Assembly: GCA_053919585.1 (NCBI GenBank)
Contig: CM132793.1
Reading direction: 5' to 3' (one strand)
DNA from: Euprymna scolopes
Lineage: Eukaryota
Length of the DNA: 64,000 bases
The translations under genes were made by a program, and so were the position numbers. Shown piece by piece: positions 26,301 through 40,756 of this stretch (position 1 is the stretch's first letter; each line of letters starts with the position of its first letter). Under the pieces are notes generated by a model. That model was given only the letters and a program-made list of their open reading frames with translations. It had not been told where the DNA came from and did no database searches.

Positions 26301-29300
26301 CCGACCTCAGAACAGCCGACCTCAAAACAGCCGACCTCAGAACAGCCGACCTCAAAACAGCCGACCTAGAAACAGCCGACCTCAAAACAGCCGACCTAGA
26401 AACAGCCGACCTCAGACCAGCCGACCTCAAAACAGCCGACCTCAGAACAGCCGACCTCAAAACAGCCGACCTCAGAACAGCCGACCTCAGAACAGCCGAC
26501 CTCAAAACAGCCGACCTAAGAACAGCCGACCTCAAAACAGCCGACCTCAAAACAGCTGACCTCAGAACAGCCGACCTCAAAACAGCCGACCTCAGAACAG
26601 CCGACCTCAGAACAGCCAACCTCAAAACAGCCGACCTCAGAACAGCCGACCTCAAAACAGCCGACCTCAGAACAGCCGACCTCAAAACATCCGACCTCAG
26701 AACAGCCGACCTCAGAATAGCCGACCTCAAAACAGCCGACCTCAGAAGAGCCGCCCTCAGAAGAGCCGACCTCAGAACAGCCAAGCTAAGAACAGCCAAG
26801 CTCAGAACAGCCGACCTCAAAACAGTCGACCTCAGAACAGCCGACCTCAAAACAGCCGAGCTCAGAACAGCCGACCTCAGAACAGCCGACCTCAAAACAG
26901 TCTACCTCAAAACAGCCGACCTCAGAACAGCCGACCTCAAAACAGCCGACCTCAGAACAGCCGACCTCAGTACAGCCAACCTCAAAACAGCCGACCTCAG
27001 AACAGCCGACCTCAAAACAGCCGACCTCAGAACAGCCGACCTCAAAACAGCCGACCTCAGAACAGCCGACCTCAGAATAGCCGACCTCAAAACAGCCGAC
27101 CTCAGAACAGCCGACCTCAAACCACCCGACCTCAGAACAGCCAAGCTCAGAACAGCCAAGCTCAGAACAGCCGACCTCAAAACAGTCGACCTCAGAACAG
27201 CCGACCTCAAAACAGCCGAGCTCAGAACAGCCGACCTCAGAACAGCCGACCTCAAAACAGCCGACCTCAGAACAGCTGACCTCAGAACAGCCAACCTCAA
27301 AACAGCCGACCTCAGACCAGCCGACCTCAAAACAGCCGACCTCAGAACAGCCGACCTCAGAACAGCCGACCTCAGAACAACCGACCTCAAAACAGCCGAC
27401 CTCAAAACAGCCGACCTCAGAACAGCCGACCTCAGAACAGCCGACCTCAAAACAGCCGACCTCAAAACAGCCGACCTCAAAACAGCCGACCTCAGACCAG
27501 CCGACCTCAAAACAGCCGACCTCAGAACAGCCGACCTCAAAACAGCCGACCTCAGAACAGCCGACCTCAGAACAGCCGACCTCAGAACAGCCGACCTCAA
27601 AACAGCCAACCTCAGAACAGCCGACCTCAGAACAGCCGACCTCAAAACAGCCGACCTCAGAACAGCCGACCTCAAAACAGCCGACTTCAGAACAGCCGAC
27701 CTCAAAACAGCCGACCTCAAAACAGCCGACCTCAGAACAGCCGACCTCAGAACAGCCGACCTCAAAACAGCCGACCTCAAAACAGCCGACCTCAGAACAG
27801 CCGACCTCAGAACAGCCGACCTCAAAACAGCCGACCTCAAAACAGCCGACCTCAGAACAGCCGACCTCAGAACAGCCGACCTCAAAACAGCCGACCTCAA
27901 AATACCGACCTCAGAACAGCCGACCTCAAAATAGCCGACCTCAGAACAGCCGACCTCAAAACAGCCGACCTCAGAACAGCCGACCTCAGAACAGCCGACC
28001 TCAGAACAGCCGACCTCAAAACAGCCGACCTCAGAACAGTGACCTCAAAACAGCCGACCTCAGAACAGCCGACCTCAAAACAGCCGACCTCAGAACAGCC
28101 GACCTCAAAACAGCCGACCTCAGAACAGCCGACCTCAGAACAGCCGACCTCAAAACAGCTGACCTCAGAACAGCCGACCTCAAAACAGCCGACCTCAAAA
28201 CAGCCGACCTCAGAACAGCCGACCTCAAAACAGCTGACGTCAGAAAAGCCGACCTCAAAACAGCCGACCTCAAAACAGCCGACCTCAGAACAGCCGACCT
28301 CAGAACAGCCGACCTCAAAACAGCCGACCTTAGAACAGCCGACCTCAGAACAGCCGACCTCAAAACAGCCGACCTCAAAACAGCCGACCTCAGAACAGCC
28401 GACCTCAGAACAGCCGACCTCAGAACAGCCGACCTCAAAACAGCCGACCTCAGAACAGTAACCTCAAAACAGCCGACCTCAGAACAGCCGACCTCAAAAC
28501 AGCCGACCTCAGAACAGCCGAGCTCAAAACAGCCGACCTCAGAACAGCCGACCTCAGAACAGCCGACCTCAAAACAGCTGACCTCAGAACAGCCGACCTC
28601 AAAACAGCCGACCTCAAAACAGCCGACCTCAGAACAGCCGACCTCAAAACAGCCGACCTCAGAAAAGCCGACCTCAAAACAGCCGACCTCAAAACAGCCG
28701 ACCTCAGAACAGCCGACCTCAGAACAGCCGACCTCAAAACAGCCGACCTTAGAACAGCCGACCTCAGAACAGCCGACCTCAAAACAGCCGACCTCAAAAC
28801 AGCCGACCTCAAAACAGCCGACCTCAGACTAGCCGACCTCAAAACAGCCGACCTCAGAACAGCCGACCTCAGACCAGCCAACCTCAAAACAGCCGACCTC
28901 AGAACAGCCGACCTCAAAACAGCCGACCTCAGAACAGCCGACCTCAGAACAGCCGACCTCAGAACAGCCGACCTCAAAACAGCCGACCTCAGAACAGCCG
29001 ACCTCAGAACAGCCGACCTCAAAACAGCCGACCTCAGAACAGCCGACCTCAAAACAGCCGACCTCAGAACAGCCGACCTCAAAACAGCCGACCTCAAAAC
29101 AGCCGACCTCAGAACAGCCGACCTCAGAACAGCCGACCTCAAAACAGCCGACCTCAAAACAGCCGACCTCAGAACAGCCGACCTCAGAACAGCCGACCTC
29201 AAAAAAGCCGACCTCAAAACAGCCGACCTCAGAACAGCCGACCTCAAAACAGCCGACCTCAGAACAGGCTACCTCAGAACAGCCGACCTCAGAACAGCCG

Positions 29301-32300
29301 ACCTCAGAACAGCCGACCTCAAAACAGCCGACCTCAGAACAGTGACCTCAAAACAGCCGACCTCAGAACAGCCGACCTCAAAACAGCCGACCTCAGAACA
29401 GCCGACCTCAAAACAGCCGACCTCAGAACAGCCGACCTCAGAACAACCGACCTCAAAACAGCTGACCTCAGAACAGCCGACCTCAAAACAGCCGACCTCA
29501 AAACAGCCGACCTCAGAACAGCCGACCTCAAAACAGCCGACCTAGAAACAGCCGACCTCAGACCAGCCGACCTCAAAACAGCCGACCTCAGAACAGCCGA
29601 CCTCAAAACAGCCGACCTCAGAACAGCCGACCTCAGAACAGCCGACCTCAAAACAGCCGACCTAAGAACAGCCGACCTCAAAACAGCCGACCTCAAAACA
29701 GCCGACCTCAGAACAGCCGACCTCAAAACAGCCGACCTCAGAACAGCCGACCTCAGAACAGCCGACCTCAAAACAGCCGACCTCAGAACAGCCGACCTCA
29801 AAACAGCCGACCTCAGAACAGCCGACCTCAGTACAGCCAACCTCAAAACAGCCGACCTCAGAACAGCCGACCCCAAAACAGCCGACCTCAGAACAGCCGA
29901 CCTCAAAACAGCCGACCTCAGAACAGCCGACCTCAGAATAGCCGACCTCAAAACAGCCGACCTCAGAACAGCCGACCTCAAACCACCCGACCTCAGAACA
30001 GCCAAGCTCAGAACAGCCAAGCTCAGAACAGCCGACCTCAAAACAGTCGACCTCAGAACAGCCGACCTCAGAACAGCTGACCTCAGAACAGCCGACCTCA
30101 GAACAGCCGACCTCAAAACAGCCGACCTCAGAACAGCCGACCTCAAAACAGCCGACCTAGAAACAGCCGACCTCAGACCAGCCGACCTCAAAACAGCCGA
30201 CCTCAGAACAGCCGACCTCAAAACAGCCGACCTCAGAACAGCCGACCTCAGAACAGCCGACCTCAAAACAGCCGACCTAAGAACAGCCGACCTCAAAACA
30301 GCCGACCTCAAAACAGCTGACCTCAGAACAGCCGACCTCAAAACAGCCGACCTCAGAACAGCCGACCTCAGAACAGCCAACCTCAAAACAGCCGACCTCA
30401 GAACAGCCGACCTGAAAACAGCCGACCTCAGAACAGCCGACCTCAAAACATCCGACCTCAGAACAGCCGACCTCAGAATAGCCGACCTCAAAACAGCCGA
30501 CCTCAGAAGAGCCGCCCTCAGAACAGCCGACCTCAGAACAGCCAAGCTAAGAACAGCCAAGCTCAGAACAGCCGACCTCAAAACAGTCGACCTCAGAACA
30601 GCCGACCTCAAAACAGCCGAGCTCAGAACAGCCGACCTCAGAACAGCCGACCTCAGAACAGCCGACCTCAAAACAGCCGACCTCAGAACAGCCGACCTCA
30701 AAACAGCCGACCTCAGAACAGCCGACCTCAGTACAGCCAACCTCAAAACAGCCGACCTCAGAACAGCCGACCTCAAAACAGCCGACCTCAGAACAGCCGA
30801 CCTCAAAACAGCCGACCTCAGAACAGCCGACCTCAGAATAGCCGACCTCAAAACAGCCGACCTCAGAACAGCCGACCTCAAACCACCCGACCTCAGAACA
30901 GCCAAGCTCAGAACAGCCAAGCTCAGAACAGCCGACCTCAAAACAGTCGACCTCAGAACAGCCGACCTCAAAACAGCCGAGCTCAGAACAGCCGACCTCA
31001 GAACAGCCGACCTCAAAACAGCCGACCTCAGAACAGCCGACCTCAGAACAGCCAACCTCAAAACAGCCGACCTCAGACCAGCCGACCTCAAAACAGCCGA
31101 CCTCAGAACAGCCGACCTCAGAACAGCCGACCTCAGAACAGCCGACCTCAGAACAACCGACCTCAAAACAGCCGACCTCAAAACAGCCGACCTCAGAACA
31201 GCCGACCTCAGAACAGCCGACCTCAAAACAGCCGACCTCAAAACAGCCGACCTCAGACCAGCCGACCTCAAAACAGCCGACCTCAGAACAGCCGACCTCA
31301 AAACAGCCGACCTCAGAACAGCCGACCTCAGAACAGCCGACCTCAGAACAGCCGACCTCAAAACAGCCAACCTCAGAACAGCCGACCTCAGAACAGCCGA
31401 CCTCAAAACAGCCGACCTCAGAACAGCCGACCTCAAAACAGCCGACTTCAGAACAGCCGACCTCAAAACAGCCGACCTCAAAACAGCCGACCTCAGAACA
31501 GCCGACCTCAGAACAGCCGACCTCAAAACAGCCGACCTCAAAACAGCCGACCTCAGAACAGCCGACCTCAGAACAGCCGACCTCAGAACAGCCGACCTCA
31601 AAACAGCCGACCTCAAAATACCGACCTCAGAACAGCCGACCTCAAAATAGCCGACCTCAGAAAAGCCGACCTCAAAACAGCCGACCTCAGAACAGCCGAC
31701 CTCAGAACAGCCGACCTCAAAACAGCCGACCTCAGAACAGTGACCTCAAAACAGCCGACCTCAGAACAGCCGACCTCAAAACAGCCGACCTCAGAACAGC
31801 CGACCTCAAAACAGCCGACCTCAGAACAGCCGACCTCAGAACAGCCGACCTCAAAACAGCTGACCTCAGAACAGCCGACCTCAAAACAGCCGACCTCAAA
31901 ACAGCCGACCTCAGAACAGCCGACCTCAAAACAGCCGACCTCAGAAAAGCCGACCTCAAAACAGCCGACCTCAAAACAGCCGACCTCAGAACAGCCGACC
32001 TCAGAACAGCCGACCTCAAAACAGCCGACCTTAGAACAGCCGACCTCAGAACAGCCGACCTCAAAACAGCCGACCTCAAAACAGCCGACCTCAGAACAGC
32101 CGACCTCAGAACAGCCGACCTCAGAACAGCCGACCTCAAAACAGCCGACCTCAGAACAGTGACCTCAAAACAGCCGACCTCAGAACAGCCGACCTCAAAA
32201 CAGCCGACCTCAGAACAGCCGACCTCAAAACAGCCGACCTCAGAACAGCCGACCTCAAAACAGCTGACCTCAGAACAGCCGACCTCAAAACAGCCGACCT

Positions 32301-35300
32301 CAAAACAGCCGACCTCAGAACAGCCGACCTCAAAACAGCCGACCTCAGAAAAGCCGACCTCAAAACAGCCGACCTCAAAACAGCCGACCTCAGAACAGCC
32401 GACCTCAGAACAGCCGACCTTAGAACAGCCGACCTCAGAACAGCCGACCTCAAAACAGCCGACCTCAAAACAGCCGACCTCAAAACAGCCGACCTCAGAC
32501 TAGCCGACCTCAAAACAGCCGACCTCAGAACAGCCGACCTCAAAACAGCCGACCTCAGAACAGCCGACCTCAGAACAGCCGACCTCAGAACAGCCGACCT
32601 CAAAACAGCCGAGCTCAGAACAGCCGACCTCAGAACAGCCGACCTCAGAACAGCCGACCTCAAAACAGCCGACCTCAGAACAGCCGACCTCAAAACAGCC
32701 GACCTCAGAACAGCCGACCTCAGTACAGCCAACCTCAAAACAGCCGACCTCAGAACAGCCGACCTCAAAACAGCCGACCTCAGAACAGCCGACCTCAAAA
32801 CAGCCGACCTCAGAACAGCCGACCTCAGAATAGCCGACCTCAAAACAGCCGACCTCAGAACAGCCGACCTCAAACCACCCGACCTCAGAACAGCCAAGCT
32901 CAGAACAGCCAAGCTCAGAACAGCCGACCTCAAAACAGTCGACCTCAGAACAGCCGACCTCAAAACAGCCGAGCTCAGAACAGCCGACCTCAGAACAGCC
33001 GACCTCAAAACAGCCGACCTCAGAACAGCTGACCTCAGAACAGCCAACCTCAAAACAGCCGACCTCAGACCAGCCGACCTCAAAACAGCCGACCTCAGAA
33101 CAGCCGACCTCAGAACAGCCGACCTCAGAACAGCCGACCTCAGAACAACCGACCTCAAAACAGCCGACCTCAAAACAGCCGACCTCAGAACAGCCGACCT
33201 CAGAACAGCCGACCTCAAAACAGCCGACCTCAAAACAGCCGACCTCAGACCAGCCGACCTCAAAACAGCCGACCTCAGAACAGCCGACCTCAAAACAGCC
33301 GACCTCAGAACAGCCGACCTCAGAACAGCCGACCTCAGAACAGCCGACCTCAAAACAGCCAACCTCAGAACAGCCGACCTCAGAACAGCCGACCTCAAAA
33401 CAGCCGACCTCAGAACAGCCGACCTCAAAACAGCCGACTTCAGAACAGCCGACCTCAAAACAGCCGACCTCAAAACAGCCGACCTCAGAACAGCCGACCT
33501 CAGAACAGCCGACCTCAAAACAGCCGACCTCAAAACAGCCGACCTCAGAACAGCCGACCTCAGAACAGCCGACCTCAAAAGAGCCGACCTCAAAACAGCC
33601 GACCTCAGAACAGCCGACCTCAGAACAGCCGACCTCAAAACAGCCGACCTCAAAATACCGACCTCAGAACAGCCGACCTCAAAATAGCCGACCTCAGAAC
33701 AGCCGACCTCAAAACAGCCGACCTCAGAACAGCCGACCTCAGAACAGCCGACCTCAAAACAGCCGACCTCAGAACAGTGACCTCAAAACAGCCGACCTCA
33801 GAACAGCCGACCTCAAAACAGCCGACCTCAGAACAGCCGACCTCAAAACAGCCGACCTCAGAACAGCCGACCTCAGAACAGCCGACCTCAAAACAGCTGA
33901 CCTCAGAACAGCCGACCTCAAAACAGCCGACCTCAAAACAGCCGACCTCAGAACAGCCGACCTCAAAACAGCCGACCTCAGAAAAGCCGACCTCAAAACA
34001 GCCGACCTCAAAACAGCCGACCTCAGAACAGCCGACCTCAGAACAGCCGACCTCAAAACAGCCGACCTTAGAACAGCCGACCTCAGAACAGCCGACCTCA
34101 AAACAGCCGACCTCAAAACAGCCGACCTCAGAACAGCCGACCTCAAAACAGCCGACCTCAGAACAGCCGACCTCAGAACAGCCGACCTCAAAACAGCCGA
34201 CCTCAGAACAGCCGACCTCAAAACAGCCGACCTCAGAACAGCCGACCTCAGAATAGCCGACCTCAAAACAGCCGACCTCAGAACAGCCGACCTCAAACCA
34301 CCCGACCTCAGAACAGCCAAGCTCAGAACAGCCAAGCTCAGAACAGCCGACCTCAAAACAGTCGACCTCAGAACAGCCGACCTCAGAACAGCTGACCTCA
34401 GAACAGCCGACCTCAGAACAGCCGACCTCAAAACAGCCGACCTCAGAACAGCCGACCTCAAAACAGCCGACCTAGAAACAGCCGACCTTAGACCAGCCGA
34501 CCTCAAAACAGCCGACCTCAGAACAGCCGACCTCAAAACAGCCGACCTCAGAACAGCCGACCTCAGAACAGCCGACCTCAAAACAGCCGACCTAAGAACA
34601 GCCGACCTCAAAACAGCCGACCTCAAAACAGCTGACCTCAGAACAGCCGACCTCAAAACAGCCGACCTCAGAACAGCCGACCTCAGAACAGCCAACCTCA
34701 AAACAGCCGACCTCAGAACAGCCGACCTCAAAACAGCCGACCTCAGAACAGCCGACCTCAAAACATCCGACCTCAGAACAGCCGACCTCAGAATAGCCGA
34801 CCTCAAAACAGCCGACCTCAGAAGAGCCGCCCTCAGAACAGCCGACCTCAGAACAGCCAAGCTAAGAACAGCCAAGCTCAGAACAGCCGACCTCAAAACA
34901 GTCGACCTCAGAACAGCCGACCTCAAAACAGCCGAGCTCAGAACAGCCGACCTCAGAACAGCCGACCTCAGAACAGCCGACCTCAAAACAGCCGACCTCA
35001 GAACAGCCGACCTCAAAACAGCCGACCTCAGAACAGCCGACCTCAGTACAGCCAACCTCAAAACAGCCGACCTCAGAACAGCCGACCTCAAAACAGCCGA
35101 CCTCAGAACAGCCGACCTCAAAACAGCCGACCTCAGAACAGCCGACCTCAGAATAGCCGACCTCAAAACAGCCGACCTCAGAACAGCCGACCTCAAACCA
35201 CCCGACCTCAGAACAGCCAAGCTCAGAACAGCCAAGCCCAGAACAGCCGACCTCAAAACAGTCGACCTCAGAACAGCCGACCTCAAAACAGCCGAGCTCA

Positions 35301-38300
35301 GAACAGCCGACCTCAGAACAGCCGACCTCAAAACAGCCGACCTCAGAACAGCTTACCTCAGAACAGCCAACCTCAAAACAGCCGACCTCAGACCAGCCGA
35401 CCTCAAAACAGCCGACCTCAGAACAGCCGACCTCAGAACAGCCGACCTCAGAACAACCGACCTCAAAACAGCCGACCTCAAAACAGCCGACCTCAGAACA
35501 GCCGACCTCAGAACAGCCGACCTCAAAACAGCCGACCTCAAAACAACCGACCTCAGACCAGCCGACCTCAAAACAGCCGACCTCAGAACAGCCGACCTCA
35601 AAACAGCCGACCTCAGAACAGCCGACCTCAGAACAGCCGACCTCAGAACAGCCGACCTCAAAACAGCCAACCTCAGAACAGCCGACCTCAGAACAGCCGA
35701 CCTCAAAACAGCCGACCTCAGAACAGCCGACCTCAAGACAGCCGACTTCAGAACAGCCGACCTCAAAACAGCCGACCTCAAAACAGCCGACCTCAGAACA
35801 GCCGACCTCAGAACAGCCGACCTCAAAACAGCCGACCTCAAAACAGCCGACCTCAGAACAGCCGACCTCAGAACAGCCGACCTCAGAACAGCCGACCTCA
35901 AAACAGCCGACCTCAAAATACCGACCTCAGAACAGCCGACCTCAAAATAGCCGACCTCAGAACAGCCGACCTCAAAACAGCCGACCTCAGAACAGCCGAC
36001 CTCAGAACAGCCGACCTCAAAACAGCCGACCTCAGAACAGTGACCTCAAAACAGCCGACCTCAGAACAGCCGACCTCAAAACAGCCGACCTCAGAACAGC
36101 CGACCTCAAAACAGCCGACCTCAGAACAGCCGACCTCAGAACAGCCGACCTCAAAACAGCTGACCTCAGAACAGCCGACCTCAAAACAGCCGACCTCAAA
36201 ACAGCCGACCTCAGAACAGCCGACCTCAAAACAGCCGACCTCAGAAAAGCCGACCTCAAAACAGCCGACCTCAAAACAGCCGACCTCAGAACAGCCGACC
36301 TCAGAACAGCCGACCTCAAAACAGCCGACCTTAGAACAGCCGACCTCAGAACAGCCGACCTCAAAACAGCCGACCTCAAAACAGCCGACCTCAGAACAGC
36401 CGACCTCAGAACAGCCGACCTCAGAACAGCCGACCTCAAAACAGCCGACCTCAGAACAGTGACCTCAAAACAGCCGACCTCAGAACAGCCGACCTCAAAA
36501 CAGCCGACCTCAGAACAGCCGACCTCAAAACAGCCGACCTCAGAACAGCCGACCTCAAAACAGCTGACCTCAGAACAGCCGACCTCAAAACAGCCGACCT
36601 CAAAACAGCCGACCTCAGAACAGCCGACCTCAAAACAGCCGACCTCAGAAAAGCCGACCTCAAAACAGCCGACCTCAAAACAGCCGACCTCAGAACAGCC
36701 GACCTCAGAACAGCCGACCTCAAAACAGCCGACCTTAGAACAGCCGACCTCAGAACAGCCGACCTCAAAACAGCCGACCTCAAAACAGCCGACCTCAAAA
36801 CAGCCGACCTCAGACTAGCCGACCTCAAAACAGCCGACCTCAGAACAGCCGACCTCAAAACAGCCGACCTCAGAACAGCCGACCTCAGAACAGCCGACCT
36901 CAGAACAGCCGACCTCAAAACAGCCGAGCTCAGAACAGCCGACCTCAGAACAGCCGACCTCAGAACAGCCGACCTCAAAACAGCCGACCTCAGAACAGCC
37001 GACCTCAAAACAGCCGACCTCAGAACAGCCGACCTCAGTACAGCCAACCTCAAAACAGCCGACCTCAGAACAGCCGACCTCAAAACAGCCGACCTCAGAA
37101 CAGCCGACCTCAAAACAGCCGACCTCAGAACAGCCGACCTCAGAATAGCCGACCTCAAAACAGCCGACCTCAGAACAGCCGACCTCAAACCACCCGACCT
37201 CAGAACAGCCAAGCTCAGAACAGCCAAGCTCAGAACAGCCGACCTCAAAACAGTCGACCTCAGAACAGCCGACCTCAAAACAGCCGAGCTCAGAACAGCC
37301 GACCTCAGAACAGCCGACCTCAAAACAGCCGACCTCAGAACAGCTGACCTCAGAACAGCCAACCTCAAAACAGCCGACCTCAGACCAGCCGACCTCAAAA
37401 CAGCCGACCTCAGAACAGCCGACCTCAGAACAGCCGACCTCAGAACAGCCGACCTCAGAACAACCGACCTAAAAACAGCCGACCTCAAAACAGCCGACCT
37501 CAGAACAGCCGACCTCAGAACAGCCGACCTCAAAACAGCCGACCTCAAAACAGCCGACCTCAGACCAGCCGACCTCAAAACAGCCGACCTCAGAACAGCC
37601 GACCTCAAAACAGCCGACCTCAGAACAGCCGACCTCAGAACAGCCGACCTCAGAACAGCCGACCTCAAAACAGCCAACCTCAGAACAGCCGACCTCAGAA
37701 CAGCCGACCTCAAAACAGCCGACCTCAGAACAGCCGACCTCAAAACAGCCGACTTCAGAACAGCCGACCTCAAAACAGCCGACCTCAAAACAGCCGACCT
37801 CAGAACAGCCGACCTCAGAACACCCGACCTCAAAACAGCCGACCTCAAAACAGCCGACCTCAGAACAGCCGACCTCAGAACAGCCGACCTCAAAAGAGCC
37901 GACCTCAAAACAGCCGACCTCAGAACAGCCGACCTCAGAACAGCCGACCTCAAAACAGCCGACCTCAAAATACCGACCTCAGAACAGCCGACCTCAAAAT
38001 AGCCGACCTCAGAACAGCCGACCTCAAAACAGCCGACCTCAGAACAGCCGACCTCAGAACAGCCGACCTCAAAACAGCCGACCTCAGAACAGTGACCTCA
38101 AAACAGCCGACCTCAGAACAGCCGACCTCAAAACAGCCGACCTCAGAACAGCCGACCTCAAAACAGCCGACCTCAGAACAGCCGACCTCAGAACAGCCGA
38201 CCTCAAAACAGCTGACCTCAGAACAGCCGACCTCAAAACAGCCGACCTCAAAACAGCCGACCTCAGAACAGCCGACCTCAAAACAGCCGACCTCAGAAAA

Positions 38301-40756
38301 GCCGACCTCAAAACAGCCGACCTCAAAACAGCCGACCTCAGAACAGCCGACCTCAGAACAGCCGACCTCAAAACAGCCGACCTTAGAACAGCCGACCTCA
38401 GAACAGCCGACCTCAAAACAGCCGACCTCAAAACAGCCGACCTCAGAACAGCCGACCTCAGAACAGCCGACCTCAGAACAGCCGACCTCAAAACAGCCGA
38501 CCTCAGAACAGTGACCTCAAAACAGCCGACCTCAGAACAGCCGACCTCAAAACAGCCGACCTCAGAACAGCCGACCTCAAAACAGCCGACCTCAGAACAG
38601 CCGACCTCAAAACAGCTGACCTCAGAACAGCCGACCTCAAAACAGCCGACCTCAAAACAGCCGACCTCAGAACAGCCGACCTCAAAACAGCCGACCTCAG
38701 AAAAGCCGACCTCAAAACAGCCGACCTCAAAACAGCCGACCTCAGAACAGCCGACCTCAGAACAGCCGACCTCAAAACAGCCGACCTTAGAACAGCCGAC
38801 CTCAGAACAGCCGACCTCAAAACAGCCGACCTCAAAACAGCCGACCTCAAAACAGCCGACCTCAGACTAGCCGACCTCAAAACAGCCGACCTCAGAACAG
38901 CCGACCTCAAAACAGCCGACCTCAGAACAGCCGACCTCAGAACAGCCGACCTCAGAACAGCCGACCTCAAAACAGCCGACCTCAGAACAGCCGACCTCAG
39001 AACAGCCGACCTCAGAACAGCCGACCTCAAAACAGCCGACCTCAAAACAGCCGACCTCAGAACAGCCGACCTCAGAACAGCCGACCTCAGAACAGCCGAC
39101 CTCAGAACAGCCGACCTCAAAACAGCCGACCTCAGAACAGCCGACCTCAAAACAGCCGACCTCAAAACAGCCGACCTCAGAACAGCCGACCTCAAAACAG
39201 CCGACCTCAAAACAGCCGACCTCAGAACAGCCGACCTCAGAACAGCCGACCTCAAAACAGCCGACCTCAAAACAGCCGACCTCAAAACAGCCGACCTCAG
39301 AACAGCCGACCTCAAAACAGCCGACCTCAAAACAGCCGACCTCAAAACAGCCGACCTCAGAACAGCCGACCTCAAAACAGCCGACCTCAGAACAGCCCTC
39401 AAAACAGCCGACCTCAGAACAGCCGGCCTCAGAACAGCCGACCTCAAAACAGCCGACCTAAGAACAGCCGACCTCAAAACAGCCGACCTCAGAACAGTCG
39501 ACCTCAAAACAGCCGACCTCAGAACAGCCGACCTCAAAACAGCCGACCTCAGAACAGCCGACCTCAGAACAGCCGACCTCAGAACAGCCGACCTCAAAAC
39601 AGCCGACCTCAGAACAGCCGACCTCAGAACAGCCGACCTCAAAACAGCCGACCTCAAAACAGCCGACCTCAGACCAGCCGACCTCAAAACAGCCGACCTC
39701 AGAACAGCCGACCTCAAAACAGCCGACCTCAGAACAGCCGACCTCAGAACAGCCGACCTCAAAACAGCCGACCTCAAAACAGCCGACCTCAGAACAGCCG
39801 ACCTCAAAACAGCCGACCTCAAAACAGCCGACCTCAAAACAGCCGACCTCAGAACAGCCGACCTCAAAACAGCCGACCTCAGAACAGCCGACCTCAAAAC
39901 AGCCGACCTCAGAACAGCCGACCTCACAACAGCCGACCTCAAAACAGCCGACCTCAGAACAGCCGACCTCAAAACAGCCGACCTCAGAACAGCCGACCTC
40001 AGAACAGCCGACCTCAAAACAGCCGACCTCAAAACAGCCGACCTCAAAACAGCCGACCTCAGAACAGCCGACCTCAAAACAGCCGACCTCAAAACAGCCG
40101 ACCTCAAAACAGCCGACCTCAGAACAGCCGACCTCAAAACAGCCGACCTCAGAACAGCCCTCAAAACAGCCGACCTCAGAACAGCCGGCCTCAGAACAGC
40201 CGACCTCAAAACAGCCGACCTAAGAACAGCCGACCTCAAAACAGCCGACCTCAGAACAGTCGACCTCAAAACAGCCGACCTCAGAACAGCCGACCTCAAA
40301 ACAGCCGACCTCAGAACAGCCGACCTCAGAACAGCCGACCTCAGAACAGCCGACCTCAGAACAGCCGACCTCAGAACAGCCGACCTCAAAACAGCCGACC
40401 TCAAAACAGCCGACCTCAGACCAGCCGACCTCAAAACAGCCGACCTCAGAACAGCCGACCTCAGAACAGCCGACCTCAGAACAGCCGACCTCAGAACAGC
40501 CGACCTCAAAACAGCCGACCTCAAAACAGCCGACCTCAGAACAGCCGACCTCAAAACAGCCGACCTCAAAACAGCCGACCTCAAAACAGCCGACCTCAGA
40601 ACAGCCGACCTCAAAACAGCCGACCTCAGAACAGCCGACCTCAAAACAGCCGACCTCAGAACAGCCGACCTCAGAACAGCCGACCTCAAAACAGCCGACC
40701 TCAGAACAGCCGACCTCAAAACAGCCGACCTCAAAACAGCCGACCTCAGAACAGCC
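23320..40756. repeat. 15-bp tandem satellite, ~1160 units (GACCTCAAAACAGCC / GACCTCAGAACAGCC), with higher-order repeats
   Basis: Visible directly; 17437 bp long. The unit equals the transposase codons D-L-K-T-A. Confidence 0.99.

Noticed and set aside
23320-40756. CRISPR array
   Set aside because: No unique spacers, no cas genes, eukaryotic context.
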